From: a virus
Lineage: Duplodnaviria; Caudoviricetes
DNA: 64,000 bases
Strand: one strand, 5' to 3'
Virus record (IMG/VR): IMGVR_UViG_2700988794_000001
Span: 45,559 to 109,558 of that record
How positions within the stretch are numbered: the first letter of the stretch is position 1; each line of letters opens with the position of its first letter. Of the stretch, positions 43,560-56,080 are shown one piece after another. The position numbers and the translations under genes are program-made. The notes under the pieces were generated by a model. It ran no database searches, was not told the origin of the DNA, and worked only from the letters and a program-made list of their open reading frames with translations.

Positions 43560-45131
43560 ATGAAATACTATATCGAACGGAAGCTCGTGCTTCCCGCGAA
43601 CCATGACCGTGGCACTGTCACCGAATGGCGCAAGGTCACCGTCAACACGACCACAATTCCGATGGAATTCCTCAATAGGGATGACGGATACCGCCACATG
43701 TCCCGCATCGACACGCCCGGCCAGTACCGCCTCGTGGACGAGAACGGCAAGGATTGCGCCGGTCTGCTCGTGACAAGCTGGAAGGGCGCGGCCTGATGTA
43801 CGGCGGGTTCATCATCTTCCTCATATGGATGGTTTTCATCTTCGATCCCGAGTTCATCGGGCGGCGGCTGGCGAGGATGATGCACGAATACCGCAAACAG
43901 ATGCAGAAGAAAGGATGGGAATACAAGTGAAGCTCTTCATGATCCTCTATACGATGGGGCAGATCGGCGGCACCGCCGGGCCGCTGCCCTACGACATCAA
44001 CGAATGCAAGCAGCGCGCCGCCGCGCTCCAGGCAAACGTCACGCAGATCGTCGCCACCGGTCGCTCGACCAATGGCAAGAACGAGGAAGTCGGAGCGGAA
44101 GACATGGAAAAGTTCAAAACCATGCGCTTCTCTTGCGAGCATCGGGCCTCGAAGCCTGAATTGGGAGAAAAGGAACCCAGCATATGACCAACGAAGAAAT
44201 CCTCGAAATCATTTCGCAGGTGACATACAAGCCGGGCTGGAAAGTCCTGTTCGGCATCGACGGCGAGGACACGGACAATCCCCGCGCCTTCGCGCAGATC
44301 AGCGTTGACGGCACCACAGAAGCCTCCCTGGACGCTTGCGCCCGTGACGGCACCCGAACACCCTGGAAGGGCTCCAAGCGCTTCTTTAGCCCCTATATGT
44401 GCCGCCAAGAGATCGTCGGCGCGTGCTTCGGCCTCATCCAGGACGCCGAGAGCCACGAGATGCGCGAATGGTTCCGTTACAGGGGCGCGAGCATCTACAA
44501 TCCGCACCTCGACCCGGAAGCCTGGTCTCCATCGCCCGCAAGAAGGCCAACTTCAACGTCCGCGAAAACGCCATGACGCTCGAAGAGCCGCCGATCAAGA
44601 AGGCCAAGAGCCCGGAATGGTTGCCCATGTTCGCGGCAGCGGCCATGACCGGCAGCTATAACCCTCCGGCTCCTGGCGACCGTGGCGGCGGACGTGCCGA
44701 GAACAACGAGGGCGACACCCTCGAAGGCATCGTGGTCGATCCCTACGATCAGACCCGTGGAGGCGCATATGTCAAGTGACATCGCAGACATCAACCTGAT
44801 CAAGATCGGCGCTGTCATCAAGCACGTCAGGACCGGCGGCATCTACAGCGTCATCGGTCGCTGCGACAAGCACAGCCCCTTCGTCCTGCTCGACATGTGC
44901 GATGCCATCTTCATCGTCCGCGACAGCATCGACGGCGCGCAAGCCTTGCTCGATCTTAGCGTGGACCCAAGTCTGACGATGCCGATACTCGCCTTGCCGG
45001 TACGCATCCAGGTCAGTGACCCAAGAGGACGCCCCATCCGCTGGATCATCTATCGCAGCCTGATGGATGGCGGATGCTGGGCTCGCCCGGCTGACGAGTT
45101 CCAGAACCGGTTCGTGCAGCACTACACTTAA
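43560..45131 (+). other. run of small hypothetical CDSs
   Basis: 43560-43796, ~43915-44187, 44184-44779 (fs), 44769-45131. Confidence 0.65.
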
Positions 45132-45200
45132 CAGCGTGCAACATGTTGCAAAACCCTCATTGTGTGCTATGGTCCTATAGCTACACATGAGGGTTTTTCT

Positions 45201-45737
45201 ATGCGCATGATTTATGGGGTTGCATACGCATTCTGGCTACTGTTCCTCTCCAGTGCAACAGTTGCACCAGCGCAGACGTTCACCACGCCGCCATTCGGCT
45301 ACACGCTGTTCTGCGCCAAGTACAAAACCAACTGCGCCAGCAGCGGCCCGGCCTCCATCGCGCAGACTGCCAAGCTCATGGCCGACCTGAAGCTAATCAA
45401 CGCCCGCGTAAACGCCGCGATCACCCCGACGCCCGATGCATACGAAAGCTGGGATTTATACCCGAAGCTCGGCGACTGCGATGACTTCGTCATGACGAAG
45501 CGAGATGTCCTGATCAAGATGGGCTACCCTGTGTCGGCGTTCCGGCTCTACGTGGTCGAGACCGGCTCCCGCGAGCTACACCTCGTCTTGGTTGTATCCA
45601 CCGACAAGGGCGATCTTGTTCTCGACAACCTGAAGCAGACAATCGTGCCTTTGCAGGCCTCCGGCTACACCCTGGTCAAGCACAGCACCGAAAATCCTAA
45701 CGTCTGGGTTGTCGATAAAGGCTATACCAGCACTTGA
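45201..45737 (+). CDS. transglutaminase-like cysteine proteinase (BTLCP/C93) with signal peptide
   Basis: PPFGY..FC, VNAAI, GDCDDFVMTKR, HLVLVV, VLDNL. Confidence 0.88.
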   Translation: MRMIYGVAYAFWLLFLSSATVAPAQTFTTPPFGYTLFCAKYKTNCASSGPASIAQTAKLMADLKLINARVNAAITPTPDAYESWDLYPKLGDCDDFVMTKRDVLIKMGYPVSAFRLYVVETGSRELHLVLVVSTDKGDLVLDNLKQTIVPLQASGYTLVKHSTENPNVWVVDKGYTST

Positions 45738-45762
45738 CAAAGGATTGGTTCTAAGTTACTCT
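45734..45762 (+). promoter_or_regulatory. phage promoter
   Basis: TTGACA-AAGGATTGGTTCTAAGT-TACTCT. Confidence 0.8.
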
Positions 45763-45787
45763 CCTAAGTGTTCAATAGGAGAGAACT

Positions 45788-46168
45788 ATGACCATCAACG
45801 AAGACAGTGCAGCCCAGCGTGACGCCCGTCGCCGCAAAACGCTCGACATCATTGCCAGCAACATCCGGTTCCAGGGATACACCCAGGCCCTGAATTCCGC
45901 CAGGGAAAAGCATGGTATCGAGGCCTACTGGCGCGAGGTTGACGACTTTGCCGATCAGCTTGATGCCGAAGAGGCGGCGCGCAAGGCGCAGGAGGAAGAG
46001 GATGCCCGCTTTGCCGCCCTCTCCGACACCGAAGCGGTCAAGGAACTCAGCAAGGCCCGGCAGGCATTCGCCTCCACCATGGTCCGTGTCCGGGATAAGG
46101 GCCTTCGCGTCACCCTGACGGTGACGGACAACCGCCTCGGCTTCGAAGTCGTGAGGCCGATCTCTTGA
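45788..46168 (+). CDS. hypothetical protein
   Basis: Promoter cassette plus AGGAG. Confidence 0.7.
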   Translation: MTINEDSAAQRDARRRKTLDIIASNIRFQGYTQALNSAREKHGIEAYWREVDDFADQLDAEEAARKAQEEEDARFAALSDTEAVKELSKARQAFASTMVRVRDKGLRVTLTVTDNRLGFEVVRPIS

Positions 46169-46722
46169 CACGCAAGCTTTTCCTCGATCTCGACGGCGTC
46201 ATGGCCGACTTCGACACGCACTTCTATCAGTGCTTCGATTGCCATCCTCCCTCCAAGGGTGGCGTCAGCGACGACGAACTGTGGCGGCTCGTGCACGGCC
46301 ACGGCTCATTCTTCCGGACCATGCCCATGTACGACGGGGCCAAGTCCTTCTTCGATATGCTGGTCGCCTACGGGCTTAACCCGATCATCCTGACGGCGGC
46401 ATCGAAGAAGCACTACCACGACATGGCCCGGCAGAAGCGTGCATGGGTACGCGGGAACCTCACCACCGAACACCTGATCCTTCCTGTCCAGGGCGGCAGC
46501 GCCAAGCCTCTCTTCATGCATGCGCCCGGCGACGTGCTCATTGATGATTGGTGGCGGAATTGCGAGCGCTGGATGGAAGAAGGCGGCACGGCAATCCACC
46601 ATACCGACTTCGCCACCACCTCGCTCCGGATCGGCATGATTTGGGGCATGGACAGCAGGCGCGAGAGCCAGGGCCTGCCCTTCCAGCCGGTCTACACCGA
46701 GGAGGATTTCCTCAATGTCTGA
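46165..46722 (+). CDS. HAD-family 5'(3')-deoxyribonucleotidase
   Basis: FLDLDGVMADF, ILTA, K..W, LIDD. Confidence 0.85.
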   Translation: MTRKLFLDLDGVMADFDTHFYQCFDCHPPSKGGVSDDELWRLVHGHGSFFRTMPMYDGAKSFFDMLVAYGLNPIILTAASKKHYHDMARQKRAWVRGNLTTEHLILPVQGGSAKPLFMHAPGDVLIDDWWRNCERWMEEGGTAIHHTDFATTSLRIGMIWGMDSRRESQGLPFQPVYTEEDFLNV

Positions 46723-49700
46723 TGCACTCGTGAGCAAATGGTGGATGGCGCGCTCGCTGTCCACCGCAGAGCGTGCGACCTTGACGCCCGAGCAGAAAGC
46801 CGAGCGCCGGGCGCAGGCAGTCCACTGGCGTCTCGAAGATGCCGAGAAGAAGCTGACAGTCAGCCGCCGCAAGCGCATGACACGCTGGCTGAACCAGTGG
46901 TTCCGTGGCGAAGTCATGCGCGAACTACTCTATAACGAGGAAACCGGCGGCTTCTACAGCCTGAAGGCCTTCATCCGCAGCGAATTCATCGACGCCGTCC
47001 GGGTGGCACTGCGCGGCACCGATCAGGCGTCCATGCTGGAGAGGATCATCCGTGGCGAGGTCGGCAAGGTTCTCAGAGGCAACGCCTACGGCACCGACGC
47101 CGATGGGCAAGCGAAAATGGAAGAATACATCCAGAAGCTTGTCAAGGAAGAAGTCAAAAAGCAGGTGATGAGCAGCCTTAGCATCGACATCGCCGTAACG
47201 GGCCGCGTCTTCTCGCCTCCGGCAGGGCAGCGGCGCGTTGATCTGGGAGCACCTGAATAATGGCAATGAAGCATATCAGCGACAAGCAGGTGTGCGAGGC
47301 CTACCTCGCCGCCCGGCTCGACAGCGAGCGTTTTCCTTACGACTACCTCATGGAGGTGACCGGCCAGCCGTTCAAGGTCTGCTACCGCTGCATGGAACGC
47401 GCCTGTGATCGCGGCATGATCGAGTACGGCGTCTCGCTGCGCACCGGCTGGCTAACCGAGTACGGCTTCCGGGTGGCGGAGATCGAGCCCTTCAAATGGT
47501 GCGAGGGGAAGGAATTCGTGCCGATCCCTTACAAGCCGCCCAACTTCAACCCCGCCCTGGAGCGGATGGCGATGGACCTCCTCAACGGTATTGTTGACGA
47601 CATTGAGGAAATCCTCGTCAAAGGACACAACGGAGAGAAACGTGACTGAAATTCCCTACCCGCACGCCAGCACGGAACCGCTGGAGACCATCAGGTCCAA
47701 CGAATGCGAAAGCCAGCACGGCTCGCTCTGCACCCGGCGCTTCCAAGCGTTCTGGAACGAGATCGTCCGGCTCCGCGATAAGGTATCCGAACTGGAAGGC
47801 GCAAATCCTGCCAAGGAAGCGTTGCAACTGTTGCAGCCCGCAACGCCAGAGCAGCGCGCCAACATCGCGCCGCCCGAGAAGCCGAACGTCGTGGCCAGCT
47901 ACTATCACGAGTTCGTCATGACGCCGGACACCATCGACATCGAAGACCAGGGCATGGCGATGATCGTGCACGCCGACGCCGATACGCCGGACAGCGATCC
48001 GAACACCATGGCCGTCCGGTTCCACTCCTGGGATGAAACCAAGGAGCATGAGCATCTCCGCTCGTTCGCTGGCAAGTTCGTCACCATCACCGTCGAGGCG
48101 TTCAATGTCTAATAGCGTCCTTGCGCCGTGGATCGGCGAGCTTGGCCTTCAGCAACAGTCCGTTCTCATCCTCGCCTTGCGCGGGCCGGACGGCGACAAG
48201 AAGCATACGCCCTTCAAGCACCTCCTCCGGCCTTACCGAGGCACGATCCTGAAGGCGGCGAAGTTCAACCGCATGCTCCTCATTGACGAGGAGGCCGACA
48301 GCTTCATGACCATGGAGAACTTCGGCGACCCGGTGCGTTGGAACTACGTGGTCAAGGACTTCCTGGAAAACGAGGCAGACGGCTCGGTCCTGCACCACTA
48401 TACCCACTTCATGCACGCCGCGCAGATCATCGGCTACAAGCATCCCGAGGTGGACTACCGCGACCGCTGGCAATGGCTCTACATCCAGTTTTGCAACAGG
48501 TTGCACGTCAACGTGGAGACCGAAGAGCAGATGGATCGCCGCCTCTGCGACTGGAACAAAGTGTTCTGGACCTCTTGACAAAGGATCGGTTCTAAGTTAA
48601 ATTCTTAGTGTCTGAAAGGGGATAACATGACTGAAGAGACCAAAAACCGCTGGGAAGGTATCGTCAAGATACAGTTGCCGCTCGCTGGCAGTGTTTCCGA
48701 TGCGCTGATCTACGACAAGACCAAGCACGTTCACGTGTTTCTGCCGGTCGGCGACGTGGAAGAGATCGCGAAGGGCCGTGTCAAGTTCTTCACGAAGGCG
48801 CGCATCGACAGCGATGGCTTCCTTCATATCGAAGAAGATGCGGAGGAGCAAACGTGGTGAGGGATGTCCGTCTCGATGACACGAGACCAAACGACCGTCT
48901 AGGGACGGACAAATCTCCGATCCCGGAGGGCGGTTTGCCGAAAGGCGAAGCCTCGCACTCGGTTCGCGGTTACTTCGTAAAGGAAGTTGGCAAAGCCGTG
49001 ATCTTCGACGTGCGTGACATGCAGGTGGGGAACCATAAGAACATTATGCTCCCCACCTCGCAGGTTCATATCAAGCAACTCGGCGGCATGTCGGTAGACA
49101 TCTATATGCGCGGGTGGCTTTACAAGGAGAAGTTCCGATGACCGAAGAGAAAGAGAAGACGGGCTATCTCGCCTTCCACAGGGCAAGGCCTTCCCGCTCT
49201 CGGCAGCGACCACCAAGGACGCCTATGATCAGGCGGCAAAGCACTTCGGCGTGCCCAAGCGCACTGCCCACAGGCATATCCACCTCGAAGAAGCGCCGGT
49301 CGGCCAGGGGAGTAACCCCTAATGTGGTATAAGCTGGGAGATGACCACATTCCCGTCGAGACCACGATGGAAGAGGCAAACGCGGACGGCTTCGGCACCA
49401 CTAAGGGCGTCGTGCGGCAGGACGTTCACCTGAGAGGCGCGCTCTCCACAGTCTTCCTTTATCTCGACCACCGTTTCGGCGACGGCCCTCCGATGCTTTT
49501 CGAGACCATGTGGTTCCCATACGATGACAACGACGGGTCCGAAGTGCTGGATCGCTACCCGACGTGGGACGAAGCTCTTGCCGGGCACATGCGCCACGCT
49601 GAAGAGCTTGGCATCGCCGCCGAGATGCAGCAGCGCGATCTGAAGGCAGAGGATGCCAAGGCCGCAGAGAAGAGGAGGCGCAGACATGTCAATCTCGATG

Positions 49701-51947
49701 ACTAGCCCACGTCGCGTCCGCCTCGGCAAGGACTTGGAACCGGCCAAGCGCTTCGTCCGCCCGGACAAGATCGCCGTCGCCATCACCATTGAGGCGCTGG
49801 ATAAGAGCAGAACGTCGGGCGGGTGGTGCCATCCGAACAGGCCAGAGAACATGGAGCCTGTGTGGGAGAAGCTTTCCGAGCTTTGCGACTACTACCACGA
49901 GAAGGAAGTGCCCTTCAACGTCTGGTATCAGGTGGAATTGCACAGCATGGGCGTGGTTGTCACTACCGGAAGCTGGCAGCAGTACCCAAGGGTTCTTGAG
50001 CAGGCCCAACTGCTCCTCGAAGAGTGCCTGAAGGCCAAAGGGCGCATCGACGCCGAAGACTATAATAAAGAAAGGGTGGAATATCGTGGCGGCTAAGAAA
50101 TTACGACCATCGACACCGGGCCATAAGCAAAAGGGCTACTATGGCGCTGATCCGGTCAAGGAAGGCCAGGAGACGCCGATCATCGCCGTCAAGAAGGGCA
50201 TGCAGAGGGCGATCAAGACGCCTTGCGTAGAGTGCCCTTCCGGCGAGACAGCGCGTCCGGCTACCTCGGAGGCTATACGCCCGAGATGTACTTGGATGCC
50301 GTCCATTCCCCGGCCTCGCTCGCTTGCCACCGGTCGCCCGGCTTCCACGAAGGTGACATCGAGAAGCAGCGCGTCTGCACCGGCCTCGCTGCCTTCCGCG
50401 CCAACATCGGTCACATTGCCTCCACCGACGCCATGGTTGAGCGCTGGGATGGCAAGGGCCACGTCTGGTCCAAGGTTCCGACCGCCGCCCATGAGAGCAC
50501 GCAGTTCGTTGGCTGCGACGACGAGACCTATTTCGGCAACGAGCAGGAATTCTACGATCACCACAAACCGGGACAGGTGAAATGAAGTACCCTCACACCA
50601 AAAACGAATTCAGCAAGGCTCGCTACGCCAAGCTCGAAGATGCAACTGTTGCAATGTACGATACCGTACCGAGCGAGATTAAGTGCAACGTCTTCAAGGC
50701 GCACCGCTGGGCCAAGGACTTCCTCATGCGGCGCGAGGGCTCTGGCCACCACTTCTGCCTGCATCGCGAGAAGAACGGGCTCATCTCCTGCTCGTTCGCA
50801 AAGCCCGAGTGGGCTGGCGATCACGGCGGCATGGAGATGCCCACGGGCGCTGAAGCCATCGTCCGTGCCGTCTGCGAGTATGTCCATGGATACTGACCTG
50901 GAAGAGTGGTCAAACCGCAAGCTCTCTGCCGAGATACAGCGCCTCCTCACGGACGGCGCGAAGGAGATGCTTGGCGATGACCTCCTCCTCCGGACTAAGC
51001 CTTGGCGTGCCGAGCTTTGGAAGCTGTTCAAGGAAGTTGACGTGCGTATCTGCCCTACCCCCGAAAACCAACGAAAGAGGAACCGATGAAGATCATCACT
51101 TTCAAGTCAGAGAATGCGCCACCAGAAAAGCGTTGGGTGGCGTACTGGCTTGTGGCCAAGAAAGAAGAGACGCCGCCGACCAAGAAAGCGCCACCTTCAA
51201 AGGAAGGCATCATGCCATATTCCTTTTGGGGCACGAGCGAGGAAGAGGCGGTCTCGAAAGCGCAGATCGGCTGGAACACGTCGTTCGGCAAGGGCGAGGC
51301 ACTGAAGGCGGCTGTGTCCACCGTCCGCGTTCGGGTGAGGGCATGATGCACGAAAATTACCATGGTATGGTCACTGACCTCGTCAAGGCCGTGAAGGAAA
51401 GTGCCTTCCTCTTGTCTGTTACCGACAAGAAGGTGAAAAAGGCTCTAAAGAAAATGATCGATGCGGTGGAAAGGCATGATGCCTACATTGCCGCCGTCGA
51501 GCGTCACCAGAACGACCCGGAGATACCCAAGGAACCGGTTCCCGATCCGGATCACCCAGGTATCTACCTGAATACCAAGCCGCCCGAGGAAGAGCCCAAC
51601 GTGCCGGCTGTCATGGTGGCAGGGACGGTGACTGTAACTGGAAGCATTGCCCGCAGAACATCCACTTCCAGTCCTATTGCCCCTACGCGGGAGCATGGGA
51701 GCGGCATTGGCAAACCAAGGAATAGGAGATCGATATGTTACAGAGACATCCGGGCAGGGAGCGAATGGCCAGGAAGTGGCAGAGAAAGGCGGCAAAAGCC
51801 GCTGCAAAGGCCCGACTTCACGCCGGTCTACACATGGATGGCGGCGATATGGTCAACTACCTCTACTGGTCTCGCGAAGCCGCCTATAGGGCAGATCAGG
51901 CTCGCATCCACCTCGGCGCGGCAGTAGGAGGCGAGTGGACCGAATAA
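46715..51947 (+). other. run of small hypothetical CDSs
   Basis: 46715-47260, 47260-47649, 47642-48112, 48105-48578, 48627-48860, 48854-49141, 49322-49705, 49698-50096, 50086-50585 (fs, DUF6283-like), 50582-50896, 50886-51089, 51086-51346, 51343-51947 (fs). Confidence 0.7.
48575..48603 (+). promoter_or_regulatory. phage promoter
   Basis: TTGACA-AAGGATCGGTTCTAAGT-TAAATT. Confidence 0.8.
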
Positions 51948-52026
51948 ATCGGTGCAACCTGTTGCAATACAGCCTCGATATGCTACAAAGGTCTCTGATA
52001 CCCACACGTGTTGGAGACCTTTTGTC

Positions 52027-52356
52027 ATGGCCCTTTTCCATATCGCATTGGTGAAAGCATCGTCGTTCTCCTCCGTAGGAACGATGCCGATCTACGACCT
52101 CGTTGAGGTTGACAGTGAAATCCTCGACACTTCAGTCTCGATGCTCAGCGAACTCGTCCCGAACGAGAAGGGCCTCTACTGGTCGATCACGGCCCTCGAC
52201 GCCGACAACGGCGGCTGGGTAACGCACGGCACCGAGCCCGGCGTAGCTGCCATTCCGGCCCCCAGCAAAGGCTTCCCGATTTATCCGCGCATCGAGAAGG
52301 CCTACGGTGCCAACAAGGGTTACCGTCTGGGCATCTACCCCATGCCTCTCGCGTAA
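52027..52356 (+). CDS. small beta-rich protein, paralog of 56081-56404
   Basis: MALFHIALV..PIYD..EILDT..LYW..D..GWV..PSKGFPIY..IEKAY..RLGIY. Confidence 0.75.
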   Translation: MALFHIALVKASSFSSVGTMPIYDLVEVDSEILDTSVSMLSELVPNEKGLYWSITALDADNGGWVTHGTEPGVAAIPAPSKGFPIYPRIEKAYGANKGYRLGIYPMPLA

Positions 52357-52367
52357 GGGAGGCTGAC

Positions 52368-52660
52368 ATGTTCGGGTTCGGCTTCGGCTTCATCAGTAAT
52401 AAGCTCAACACAAAAACCGTCGCTATCGCACCGCCAGACCCAGACAGTCTGGCGTTAGTCCTTTTTAACGACGGCGACACTGTCGGCCTGGACGGCGACC
52501 AAGACCCTGACGAACTCGGCATCGTCCGCCCGTCGAACGTCAGGTTGAGCAACCTTTTCCTTCTCGACCAGGATATTCAAAGCGGCGAAGCTTTCGGGCA
52601 GTCGGAAGCAACACTCGCATGCTTCCGGTCGATTACATCGTGGACCTTTTGGAGAGTTAA
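52368..52660 (+). CDS. FGFGF-leader protein (frameshift ~52610)
   Basis: MFGFGFGF start with GGAGG RBS; alternate frame ends ..DYIVDLLES TAA next to the following ATG. Confidence 0.55.
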
Positions 52661-55600
52661 ATGGCCAAGAAGAGACTTTCACAGCTTCCCGTGGCGACGG
52701 CACCGCAGATTGCGGAAGCATCGATCCTCCTGCTGACCGCGAACAACGAAGAGGTGCAGGCACCGATCACCCGCGCGCTCGGCGGCACCCGTGCAATCCT
52801 GACCCTGGACCAGACGCAGAGCGTCGATTTCCGCCTGATCAGCCCGAACAACGTGGTCGAAGACATCACGGCAACGGTCGTGGTCAACAAGGGACTGACC
52901 GGCCAGATCACCAAGACGGCCAAGACCGACGCCAATGGCGCTGGCACCATCGAGTTCCCCACGCTTGCGCGCGGTCAGACCTACACGGTTGACCTGTCTT
53001 TCTCCACGTTCCTTGCTGTCAAGCGCACCGATTGGTTCATCGCACTGCTGGCCGCTGCAACTGTTGCACCGTCCGCCACGTCCACCGGCCTCGTCGGCGA
53101 CCTGATCACCATCGACAAGGGCACCTGGAGCGGCACCCCAACGCAGTACCTGTTCCGCTATCTGCGCGGCGCATACGTCATCCCAGGCGCGAATGCCGAC
53201 ACCTACCGTCTGACCGCTGACGACGCCGACGACATCATCACGCCGCAGGTTATGGCGGTAAATGCGGGCGGCAACAGCACCTGGGTAAGCTGCAACACCA
53301 TCGGCCCGGTCGCGAACAAGGCCACAACGTTGGTCCGCGCTCCTGTCATCGCTGGCAACGGCGACCTCGGCGGTCACTTCACCATCACCGATCCCGGCGA
53401 AGCAAGCAATTTTGCTGTCCCGACCACGGATGAATGGGAGGCGAACGCCGCACTCATTCCTTCCGACAAGCTGACGGCCACGCGCTACCTCAACTACGTG
53501 CCTTCCCTGTCGCCGGGCGTGCCTTCGTCCATGGCGGCTGCTCCCGCCGCTGACAACCACAATTTTAACCTTAACGTCAGCACCTACACCGGCACGAATG
53601 ATATGTCGTTGCCGATTGCTGGTAGCGCAACGGAAAACGACTATATCTACAGCACCACCACCGAGCCCGGCGTCAACGGAGGTAACTCCGGCCCGCAGAC
53701 CTGGGATATCACCCTGAAGCACGGCCCGACCGCTACCTCCATTCGCGAACAGATGTTCATCGCACGCGTGGATAGCACTGGCGCTGTCATCGGCGCTGAA
53801 ATCCAGTGCGCTCGCGTCGGCGCGGCGGCAGGATCGGAGTATGCCGAGTTCCAGCCCTTGCAGAACGGCGTCTACACCTTCCGTGTCGTCAATGACTTTG
53901 GCAAGTGGAATGCTGGCGACCGTGTTCGTTGGCGCATGCGTCACAGGAATACGAGCGGCTCCTCTGGTAACGTCCGCATCACGGTTACCAGCGGCCCGTC
54001 GTTTGCTACCCTTCCGATTGGCCCGAGAAAGACGCTGACGAACAGCCGTATCTTCTTCACGTCCACGACGGCGCTGGCAGGCAAGACGCTCCGCCTGAAG
54101 CGTACCTTCTCGAATGGTGCCTACACGATCACGGCCTACAGCAACGAAATCGTCCTGGACGCTGCCGTGGCTCAGACCGTAGCGCCGGTCAACACGCTTG
54201 CGCCGTCGCTCTACACGACAACCGAGTTTCGTCAGAACACCAACGTCTACGTCGATGTCGGCCAGTGGGATAATCAGCCACGGATATCGCCTTGCAGTGG
54301 ATGCGCGACGGCGTAGACCTCGCAGGCGAGATCGGCACCTACCATGCCATCGCGGCGGCTGACATCGGTCACGAACTGACGTGCCGTGTCACCCCCTCCA
54401 ACGCCATCGGCTCGACGCCCGTGGTAACCGCGCCCATCGTCGCCCTGCCGCCGCGCGTTTACTTCGACATCGCCGCAGGTAACGACGCCAGTGACGGCCA
54501 GTCCACCGCGACGGCGAAACAGACCTCTGCCACCTCCGGCTCGCTCACCTCCGGTTCGTCGGCAGCGTTCAAGGCCAATGGTGTATGGGCGAACCGCCTC
54601 CTGATCGGCAGCAACATCCGCTACGAGAGCTACGACGTGGGCGCGAAGCCTCAGTTCGGCGTGGCTGGCGTGGCCTTCACCATCGACAGTTACACCGACG
54701 ATGGCTCGCTCGGAAGGTCTGGCGTCACTCTTGACGGTCTCTCCATTATCGCCGACCAGCGTGGTCTTCAGACACGCCAGGGCGCTAGCTGGACCGTCCA
54801 GAACTGCCTGTTCGATGATATCGGCTTCCGCCCGCCGAGTGGTCAGCAGGAAAACACTCAGGGCATGATGTTCTACAAGACGAACCACCTGAAGATACTC
54901 AACAACTTCATGGATCGCGTGTACAACGACGACCTGTATATCGACACCTGCAACAACGTCCTGATCAATGGCAACACGATCATGCCGTGCTTCGGCGCGG
55001 AAGGCGACAACATCCAGACCCGTGCCGACCGTACCGATCCTCACCAGATCGGCATCGAGATCGGTCACAACTACCTCGACATGGGTTCGCGCAAGACGGG
55101 CTCGGGCAAGGGCTGCATCGTCACCAACATGCAGAGCTACGCCTACATCCATGACAACATCCTGATCGGCAATAACTTCGGACACGGCACCGACGAAGGT
55201 CATCACCATGTCTGCGCCCGTAACCGCATGCGCCATGCGCGCAAGAACTCTTACTCTTGGCTGATCGGCATCGGCGGTTACGACAACCAGCCGTATTCGT
55301 CCGACCACCAGATGTACGATAACTACCTGGAAGACGCGAACCGTGGCCACGCCTACACCGGCATCGGCGTCAGCAACTACACCGGGCCGCTCTCGGCTCG
55401 CGCTGACATGCGCTGCTACGACGAAACCATCGTCAACTGCACGGTCGGCCTCCGTATCGACCGCCCGACCTCCGGTATCTTCCGTGGTTGGGTCTTCCAC
55501 AACGTCGGCACCCCGATCAACCGTGTGAACACGACCTACGTCAACGAAGGCACGATCCACGACTTCATCAGTGGCGATCACTGGATTTACAAGGGCGCTA

Positions 55601-55992
55601 TCAGCCGTCCGCCGGAAGTCATCACCCGCGCGACCATCACTGGCACCCGTCAGGTCGGCCAAGTGCTCACGGGCGATGCTGCCGTCTTCGATACGGCGGA
55701 AGTCCTCGCTGCCTTCCCCGGCGCGGTCATCACCCGTTCCTTCCAGTGGCGTCGGCATGCTCGCATGCCGTTCCCCTACACCGGCTACTACCTGCCGTTC
55801 TACGGCCATGGCTGTGACTGGATCGAAGGTGCCACGGCAGACAGCTACCAGATCGCCGCAGAAGACGTTGGTTGCCTCGTCTCCCGCGTCGAGCGTATCC
55901 ACCTCACCTTCACGGAAGGCGGCGTCGAGAAGGTCGTTACCGCACTGGCATACGACGGCAGCTATGTCGGATCGGCAGAGATCATCGCCTAA
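52661..55992 (+). CDS. large fibre-like protein with Ig-like repeats and a right-handed beta-helix (frameshift ~54285)
   Basis: MAKKRLSQLP anchor, GTWSGTPT.Y..YLR Ig-like units, YFDIAAGNDASDG motif, beta-helix repeats. Confidence 0.75.
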
Positions 55993-56080
55993 TAAATGGA
56001 TTTGCAGCAGGGGCCTCGTGCAACCTGTTGCAAATCTCTTCTTTATCGAGTAGCGTCACCGACAAATGTAGGAGAAAGAT

